A stretch of 16,606 nucleotides of DNA, from positions 1-16,606 of the forward strand of contig NW_021825125.1 of NCBI RefSeq assembly GCF_006345805.1, in the 5' to 3' direction. Of the stretch, positions 9,284-16,606 are shown piece after piece (the first letter of the stretch is position 1; each line of letters opens with the position of its first letter). The stretch is from Octopus sinensis (lineage: Eukaryota). A model generated the notes under the pieces. It saw nothing but the letters and a program-made list of their open reading frames with translations, ran no database searches and was not told where the DNA came from. Made by a program: the position numbers and the translations under genes.

Positions 9284-9874
9284 GCACATTTGCTTGACTA
9301 TACGTCTCATCTTTACATTTCAAATACATATGATGTCCGTGAGTTTAGAATGAAATTGAGACTTATTGATAGAGAAGTGACCCAACTGGAGACCTTCCTT
9401 TTCATTCGTAAGTCTCTACTATAAAACCTCCTCGGATAAATTGCTATTATTTATTGAAATTTGTTTATCTTGGGATTTAACTTGAATTAGTAATTTAAAA
9501 CGGAGATTAGACTAAAAATATTTATGACCTTTCACTGCACCGAATGCCGTTTGTTGGCCACTTAAGATTGTTCAAGACTGAATCACTTCCAGATTTCATG
9601 ATAAGAAAAGTTATTCTAATTATAAAGTTTAAACATTAAAGTTGTTATCAAAATACCAGTAAAAGAAATAGTAACCCAAATTATATAATAAATATACTGA
9701 CCGCTTTTTCTTTTGCGTGTGTGCAAGACACATCCTAAAGATTAAAGATGTAGACCGGAGGTTCTCAAACGTTTCTTCTAGAGTAACCCTGCACGTTGTG
9801 TTGGGTTGATTCTTCACATCACGAGATTTACTTCACCCGTGTATTTTGTTTTAATAAAGAATTATATTTATTAA

Positions 9875-10274
9875 CTAGTAGTATTGCCCGACATTGCTCG
9901 GGCTTGTTTTCTTTTCGACCCTTTAGAATTGGAATTTTTGAAAAGTAAAAATTTTGCATTATGTAGCTTGTTATTCTCTTTAAGTGAACATTTTTCTGGT
10001 TGAAATACACCGAAAAATGGTGATACAGCAGTCAAAAAATTGTAAAAAATAGAGATTTTCAATAAAAAAAAAAAGCACCTTTTTGATGCAAATAATTTTT
10101 GGTCTTAACATAGTCCGATTTGAATTTTTTTCTTCTACGGAATGAAGAACAAGCCTTCTTCTATCATACTCTCAATTTTGGTCAACTTGCTCTGCAGGGT
10201 CTCGGAGGTGATAGAATTAATTGAAGCCTACCAAACCTGCCACGCACAGACAACTTCAGCTTTATATATATAGA
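9875..10274 (-). mobile_element. Non-autonomous Helitron, copy 1 (400 bp)
   Basis: Minus strand begins TC(TATATATATAAAGCTGAAG) and ends CTAG (9875-9878). Subterminal GC hairpin gcccga-cattgc-tcgggc (9886-9903). Inserted at A|T with no TSD. Homologous to 13629-14020. Confidence 0.85.
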
Positions 10275-10582
10275 TATTGGAATTTTATTGTAGATATTTT
10301 TCGTCAATTGTCTTAATATTTTACATATTTTTCATATATAGCAAATGTTGTTTGCGATGTTTATACAGTTTCTTGGCATTATGAAAGTGAATAAGAATAT
10401 GTGAACTTAGTACAGGTAATTTGGCATTATTTTTTAATTCTGCATGCAAAAACATAGGATACATGTATTCTTTTCTTTGGGACAAATTCTTTGCTGAACA
10501 GTGTTATTCTTATCGTAGTTTACAAATCCAAGCATGAAAACGTTACTCAACTTTGATGTTTTGGAGACAGACGCCCCCTTTT

Positions 10583-10622
10583 CACACACACATACAAAGC
10601 ACACACACACACACACACACAC
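10583..10622. repeat. (CA)n microsatellite
   Basis: Seen directly, interrupted. Confidence 0.93.
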
Positions 10623-11139
10623 AAGCACTTATATATTAATGATGTACACAAATACATGATAGGCATACGTAACACTGAAACACGCATAAAGTAAACACAT
10701 CCAGACAAATATATTAATATAACAATTTTTTTAAAATAATAAAAACATACAATCAAGGAAGAGACAAAAGAAACAGTAAGATGATACATGTTGATTTTAT
10801 TACGTATTTCTATTTATTTAGAAACCTACAATGAACAGGTCATTTCACAAACTCTAAGCTATAAATTTCACAGGGTACAACCTTAAAGTTGACACCGCTC
10901 CGCTAAACGCAGAAAATTTCTGTCTCGCTATTGGCTAAAAATACACAGTTTTTTTGGTTTTTAAACCTCTGTAACTTTTTCCTACTGTTTTTTTTTCTCC
11001 ACAACATCATACCTTCGTAGCAATTAAACTGAAAAACAATATTATTATAGCCGATTTTCAGATTGTTTACTGTCTTTTAAAATATGCATATCCAGTTCAT
11101 CAAAATATTTCTCATGGAATAACGGTATAACCAGATTAA

Positions 11140-11880
11140 CCTATTAGCGTTCCGATTACTCTGCCAAATGTAATACTTTACCGTAAATCCTCGAGTATAA
11201 TCCGCACTTTTTTCCCAAAATTTAAAGGTCAAAATCCATAGTGTGTACTATATATGAGGTTAAGAATGAAAATTATTTTCTAAGCAATGTCCGAGTCGCT
11301 ATTTGCTGTCCGGCAATGTTTATTCAGACGCATTTTGTGATGTCGGGCGCGAAAATACCTTAAGCTAAGCCTGAAAGCAATGAAGTCATAAAAGAATCAT
11401 CCATAACTTGCAGTAAGCAGCATTTATTAAAATAAAAGTATTCAGAACACAGAATAACATGTAACAAAAAAAATTTGCAAACATATTTACATTCCCATAT
11501 AACAGTTAAGAACATCACTATTATTGTATTACACATGCGCGGAAGTGTTTGTTCGACTAGGTGCTGCTGACTTAATTACGCACGACTCAAGTTAGAGAAG
11601 GGCTGCGTATTATACACTAGGTTTAGGTTTTTCAGAAGTACAGCCCCCTAAGGATCCCCTGCGTATTATACTCGAGGGCGGACTATACTCGAGGACCTAC
11701 GGTATTCATACTGTTTTGAATTCATCATGCATTATTTTGTAGCTTTAAGATTTCGATGATGTGAGTATTTAGTTTAGGATGTCATTGTAGGGTAGGCAGT
11801 AGAGGCCGGATCTGGTCAGTTTGAACATTAAAACAGGGAGAATATTGGGGCTTAATTTGGCCAGTTTAAATGCTAAAGGG
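11140..11880. mobile_element. TTAA-flanked piggyBac-like MITE (about 217 bp net), split by a nested MITE
   Basis: TTAA at 11136-11139 and 11881-11884. Termini cctattagcgtt and aatgctaaaggg form a 12-bp inverted repeat matching at 9/12. No coding capacity. Confidence 0.68.
11181..11702. mobile_element. Tc1/mariner-superfamily MITE with CCGTA termini (Tc2/pogo-like), 522 bp
   Basis: 25-bp TIRs ccgtaaatcctcgagtataatccgc and gcggactatactcgaggacctacgg match at 22/25. TA TSD at 11179-11180 and 11703-11704. Subterminal repeats of the TIR core (gcgtattatactcgag 11661-11676; gcgtattatacactag about 11606-11621). Confidence 0.9.
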
Positions 11881-11984
11881 TTAAATTTTATTTCTTATAT
11901 TTATATATCAGCATTTAAATTTCTCTGGGCTGAGAATAAATTTTCTATTCTTTCTAATAAAATACTGACATCAACCTAGTCTCT

Positions 11985-11985
11985 G

Positions 11986-12017
<32 letters not shown>

Positions 12018-12049
12018 GGTGGTGGTGGTGGTGATGGTGGTGGTGGTGG
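11985..12049. repeat. (GTT)n-(GGT)n compound microsatellite
   Basis: Seen directly. Confidence 0.97.
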
Positions 12050-12119
12050 TCAGCCGTAGTCGGGACAAATACTGCGAGGCATTCTGTCCAACACTTTGGA
12101 GAGCGCTAATTAGACTTCA

Positions 12120-12121
<2 letters not shown>

Positions 12122-12163
<42 letters not shown>

Positions 12164-12296
12164 TGCGTATGTTTGCGTGTGTCTGCGTGTGTCTGTGTTT
12201 GCATGATTATGTATGTATATGTGTATGTAATATAAATATGCGTGTGTGTGTGAGTGTGAGTGTGTGTGTGTGTGCGTGCGTTTGTGTGTGTGTGTA
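12122..12296. repeat. (GT)n and degenerate GT-rich microsatellite
   Basis: Seen directly. Confidence 0.95.
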
Positions 12297-12622
12297 TAAA
12301 GAAAATAGGACAATTCTATCACGAAGACCATTTTAGTACCGGTTTCAGTCTTTGCGACTTTTTGAACTAAGAGTAAAACATGAAAACAATTAAATTGTGG
12401 AAGAATTAAATGAAATGCTTCTTTCTGAAAATATCTCCATAGTTTTCAAATACGTGGGGCATTTCCCCCACCCCTTTTTTTTTGTCTCTCTGTTTTAGTT
12501 TTGTGAAGGGTCGGTAGGTAGGTAGTAGCAGATCTGACCATTTAAGAAAACCCTGCCAACAGCCTACCACTGTCATACCACAACTTCGTTTTCTTATTCT
12601 TTCTCTTCTCTTCCTAATCCTG

Positions 12623-12707
12623 CTTCTTCTTCTTCTTCTTCTTCTTCTTCTTCTTCTTCTTCTTCTTCTTCTTCTTCTTCTTCTTCTTCTTCTTCTTCTT
12701 CTTCTTC
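12623..12707. repeat. (CTT)28 microsatellite
   Basis: Perfect trinucleotide array; source of the poly-E ORF. Confidence 0.99.
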
Positions 12708-12724
12708 GCCGTCTCCTTCTTCAA

Positions 12725-13172
12725 GGCGTGGCTGTGTGGTAAGTAGCTTGCTTCCCAACCACATGTTTCTAGGTTCAGTCCCACTGTGTGGCACCTTGGG
12801 TCAGTGTCTTTTACTCTAGCTTCGGGCTGACCAAAGCTTTGTGAGTGGATTTGGTAGACGGAAACTATGTGTATAAATATATATATATATTATATATATA
12901 TATATAAATTAATAAATAAATAAAACACATGCATATATACATACATATGTACGTACCTACCTCTACATGTATATATACATGCATATATGGGTACAGGACA
13001 CCCAAAAAACGTCGAACACAATGAGAAACGAAAACATAAATATAAAACCAAGGAAAATGAACTTTTTTTAAAACAACGAAAAAATAGAGTACAGGACATA
13101 CAAAACAAGGAAAATTCCCCATCTTCAGTCGCCTTAATTTCATCTACTCCACGTTTCGAAGGTCAATATATG

Positions 13173-13203
<31 letters not shown>

Positions 13204-13337
13204 TTGCGTGTCTGTGTTTGTCCCCCCCCCCACTATCGCTTGACAACCGATGTTGGTATGTTTTTGTTCCTGTAACTTAGCGGTTCAGTAAAACAGACCG
13301 ATAGAATAAGTACTAGGCTTATAGATAATAAGTCCAC
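12725..13337 (+). mobile_element. tRNA-SINE family A, 3'-truncated, with a foreign insert in its internal microsatellite
   Basis: Head 12725-12866 and 3' body about 13167-13337 match the other family A copies. The block about 12905-13166 is absent from them. Confidence 0.88.
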
Positions 13338-13628
13338 GAAAGGTTTCAATTAATATTTCATTACATTTCAATTAATATTTCCCGGAATCTGGTTTCGCTA
13401 CTCCCTGATTACCTTTCTCTCGAAACAGGCTTTCTTGTTGGCTATCGAACGTTTCTCATCCAAAGACTCCATGGTATAATATTAATGATAAATATTTTTC
13501 GCTCATTAATGCTTTAATGAACTAATGAACCGCTGTAGAAACTATCATATTCTAAAACAAAAAATGAAAGAAGAAAAGAAAAGAAAGAAAACTATTTAGT
13601 GAGTGAACTTTTATCGTTTATCTTAAAA

Positions 13629-14020
13629 CTAGCAGTATCGCCCGGCGTTGCTCAGGGTTTGTTTCGACCCTTTAGAATTGGAATTTTTGAAAAGTAAAAA
13701 TTTTATATTATGTAGCTTGTTATTCTCTTTAAGTGAACATTTTTCTGGTTGAAATACACCGAAAAACGGCGACACAGCAGTCAAAAAATCGTAAAAAATT
13801 GGGATTTTCATAGAAAAAAGCACCTTTTTCATGTAAATAATTTTTTGTGTTAACATGGTCCAACTTGAATTGTTTCTTCTACGGAAGGAAGAGCAGGCCC
13901 TCTTCTATCATACTCTCAATTTTGGTCAACTTGCGCCCCAGGGTCTCTGAGGAGATAGTGTTAGTTGAAGGCTACCAAACTTGCCATATACAGACAACTT
14001 CAGCTTTATATAGAGAGAGA
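13629..14020 (-). mobile_element. Non-autonomous Helitron, copy 2 (392 bp)
   Basis: CTAG at 13629-13632, imperfect hairpin cccggcgttgctcaggg, TC start at 14020-14019, A|T target. Colinear with copy 1. Confidence 0.85.
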
Positions 14021-14254
14021 TATGCGAAATATACAAGGATTGTTTCCCTTGGTTAGTTAAGGGAGGTAAATCTTTAAATTTTACATTTATTTTTCAAGGA
14101 TTTTCTCAACATTATGGAAATGCAGACAAGAAGTGAGGAGGATAACCTACGAATGGTGGGGATAAGTTTTACGTAAAATTTAATAATGTCTAATCCTTGA
14201 CTCTTAATTGTTGTTTAATAATTATTGTAAAATTAAGATTTTAAATTAAAATTC

Positions 14255-14644
14255 TGGCCTGTGTGGTAAGTAGCTTGCTAACCAATCACATGGTCCCGGG
14301 TTCAGTCCCACTGCGTGGCATCTTGGGCAAGTGTCTTCTGCTATAGCCCCGGGCCGACCAATGCCTTGTGAGTGGATTTGGTAGACGGAAACTGAAAGAA
14401 GCCTGTCGTATATATGTATATATATATATATATATGTGTGTGTGTATGTGTTTGTGTGTCTGTGTTTGTCTCCCTAGTGTGTTTACGTCCCCGTCACTTA
14501 GCGGTTCGGCAAAAGAGACCGATAGAATAAGTACTGGGCTTACAAAGAATAAGTCTCGGGGTCGATTTTCTCGACTAAAAGGCGGTGCTCCAGCATGGCC
14601 GCAGTCAAATGACTGAAACAAGTAAAAGAGAGAGTAAAAGAGAG
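14255..14644 (+). mobile_element. tRNA-SINE family A, near full length
   Basis: A and B boxes, internal (TA)(TG) tract and gtaaaagag tail; matches the other copies. Confidence 0.92.
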
Positions 14645-14894
14645 GAGAAGCAATAATCTCATCGTCGCTTAGGGTGATAGTTTCCCCTCTTTCTCTCTAT
14701 AAATAATGGAGACTTGTAGATTTTGAGGACTGCCATACTTAAAAGGAAATGATGTAGACCAGATCAATATGGATTGGGAATCGCTGTCTTGGATTCATAA
14801 GTTATCGATATACAAAACTGTTGCACGCATTAAGTCCATCAATCATCATGCCGCACGACATAGACACAAATGCGTACGTATGCACACGAGCGCG

Positions 14895-15289
14895 TAGGAG
14901 AGACAGGGACAGAGACAGACAGACAGACAGATAGACTGAGAGAGACAGACAGACTGACAGACTGACAAACAGACAGACTGAGAGAGACAGACAGGCAGAC
15001 AGACAGATAGACTGAGAGAGAGAGACAGGCAGACAGCGATAGTCTGAGATATACAGAGAGACAGACAGACTGACAGACAGACAGACTGACAGACAGACAG
15101 ACTGAGAGAGACAGACAGGCAGATAGACAGATAGACTGAGAAAGACAGACAGGCAGAGACAGGCTGAGAGGAAAAGAGAGAGAGAGAGCGAGACAGACTG
15201 ACAGACAAACATACAGACAGAGATAGACTGAGACAGACAGAGACAGGCTGAGAGAGAGAGAGAAAGAGAGAGAAAGAAAGAAAGAAGAA

Positions 15290-15342
<53 letters not shown>

Positions 15343-15482
15343 CAGAAAGAAAGAAAGAAAAAAAGAAAGCAAGAAAGAAAGAAAGAGAGAGTGAGAGACA
15401 GAGACAGGCTGAGAGAAAGACAGAAAGAAAGAGAGAGCAAGAGATAGATAGACAGACAGACAGACAGAGACAAGCTGAGAGA
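14895..15482. repeat. Large compound (GACA)/(GA)/(GAAA)n microsatellite
   Basis: About 590 bp, strongly purine-biased on the + strand; source of the three long S/L/C/F ORFs at 14802-15564. Confidence 0.98.
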
Positions 15483-15559
15483 GGGTGGGTGTTCCACCGG
15501 AAAAAATGCACAGGTGGTGACATTGGTCATTCATATTGCAAATGCTGTTTAGGGTACCA

Positions 15560-16245
15560 CACAACAGAGTACCCCATCACAAGCGATACATTTGCCCCAT
15601 TGTTGAATTCAGTTCTTGACTCCTCTCTGCAAAAATTCATATCTTTTTACTCTTACTCTTTTACTTGTTTCAGTCATTTGACTGCGGCCATGCTGGAGCA
15701 CCGCCTTTAGTCGAGTGAATCGACCCCGATACTTATTCTTTTGTAAACCCAGTACTTATTCTATCGGTCTCTTTTGCCGCACCGCTAAGTAACGGGGACA
15801 TAAACACACCAGCATCGGTTGTCAAGCAATGCTAGGGGGACAAACACAGACACACAAACACACACACGCATATATATACATATATACGACGGGCTTCTTT
15901 CAGTTTCCGTCTACCAAATCCACTCACAAGGCTTTGGTTGGCCTGAGGCTATAGTAGAAGACACTTGCCCAAGGTGCCACGCAGTGGGACTGAACCCGGA
16001 ACCATGTGGTTTGTAAGCAAGCTACTTACCACACAACCACTCCTGCGCCTATCATAAGTGTGATGTTGCTCCTACTTTTTCACATCTATTTCCATCTCAT
16101 CTATGTCATCAAATCTTTATTCCCGAAGAGTGCTCTTCTTTGCACTGAACAAGTTGAAGACGAAGATTACGAGATCCGGGTCGTAGTACAGGGGATGTGG
16201 GACCACTGGTTAATCCGATTTGCCGATTGCCTCATTTATTACCAA
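15560..16245 (-). mobile_element. Mariner transposase C-terminal relic, interrupted by a SINE
   Basis: Minus-strand translation EAIGKSD*PVVPHPLYYDPDLVIFVFNLFSAKKSTLRE*RFDDIDEMEIDVKK* (16230-16072) resembles the HPPYSPDLAPSDFHLF...LRGKRF region. It resumes after the SINE as YEFLQRGVKN*IQQWGKCIACDG (15641-15573), resembling the FY..GI..L..RW.KCI...G C-terminus. Confidence 0.72.
15644..16049 (-). mobile_element. tRNA-SINE family A, full length
   Basis: Complete head (ggcgcaggagtggttgtgtgg...) to A-rich tail. Possible 4-bp TSD tatc at 15640-15643 and 16050-16053. Confidence 0.93.
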
Positions 16246-16256
16246 AGATGTATGTA

Positions 16257-16366
16257 AACTGGCTCTCCGTCGGTTACGACGAGGATGGTTCCAGTTGATC
16301 CGATGAACTCAACAGCCTGTTCGTGAAATTAACGTGCAAGTGGCTGAGCACACCACAGACATGTGT
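16257..16366 (+). mobile_element. Probable fragment of a third SINE/repeat family
   Basis: Recalled similarity to an abundant octopus SINE body (gttccagttgatccgat...gaaattaacgtgcaagtggctgagcac); no second copy in this window. Confidence 0.5.
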
Positions 16367-16522
16367 GTTTACGTCCCCGTAACTTAGCGGTTCGGCATAA
16401 GAGACTGATAGAATAAGTACTAGGCTTCCAAAGAATAAGTCCTGGGGGCGATTTTCTCAACTAAAGGCGGTGCTCCAGCATAGCCACAGTCAAATAACTG
16501 AAACAAGTAAAAGAGTAAAGAT
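16363..16522 (+). mobile_element. tRNA-SINE family A, 3' half only
   Basis: gtgtgtttacgtccccgtaacttagcggttc...gactgaaacaagtaaaagag-type sequence matching about 14478-14640. Confidence 0.9.
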
Positions 16523-16606
16523 AAATATATATATACTATATATTATATATATATATCGAGCAAACGACCCCCGTCCAATGGACGGTGCTGAATCATATTG
16601 CTGAAT

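Noticed and set aside
9284-9406. Open frame of about 40 codons ending at a perfect GTAAGT donor
   Set aside because: Weak acceptor, no recognisable peptide, and within chance expectation.
10870-10905. cagggtacaaccttaaagttgacacc, resembling a Tc1/mariner terminus
   Set aside because: No matching inverted end found in the window.
12003-12049. (GGT)n potential two-tier G-quadruplex
   Set aside because: Generic microsatellite property with nothing locus-specific.
14802-15564. Three ORFs of 225-242 aa
   Set aside because: Stop-free pyrimidine strand of the compound microsatellite.
16571-16585. Short palindrome ccgtcca-a-tggacgg
   Set aside because: Only 7-bp arms, at the window edge, and context unavailable.
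1-16606. CRISPR arrays, rRNA, bona fide tRNA genes or prokaryotic operons
   Set aside because: None seen. The tRNA-like heads lack complete cloverleafs and continue into SINE bodies, and the repeats are simple tandem arrays without spacers.

Overview
AT-rich, repeat-dense eukaryotic non-coding window (intergenic or a large intron). The SINE families resemble octopus tRNA-derived SINEs as I recall them; I did not check this against a database. No intact protein-coding gene is supported. Contents: (i) a 5'-truncated, frameshifted Tx1/L1-clade LINE (2001-4942, minus) embedded in a (GATA)n microsatellite; (ii) two mariner transposase relics, each interrupted by a SINE; (iii) two ~400-bp non-autonomous Helitrons; (iv) a TA-flanked Tc2/pogo-like MITE nested in a TTAA-flanked piggyBac-like MITE; (v) about ten tRNA-SINE copies or fragments from at least three families; (vi) roughly 2 kb of microsatellites, which explain most of the ORF track. 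The most notable observations are the apparent (GATA)n targeting by the LINE, a degenerate minimal type I hammerhead ribozyme (1451-1508), a 126-bp inverted duplication that copies a SINE-mariner junction, and a ~90-nt pre-miRNA-like hairpin (7826-7909).
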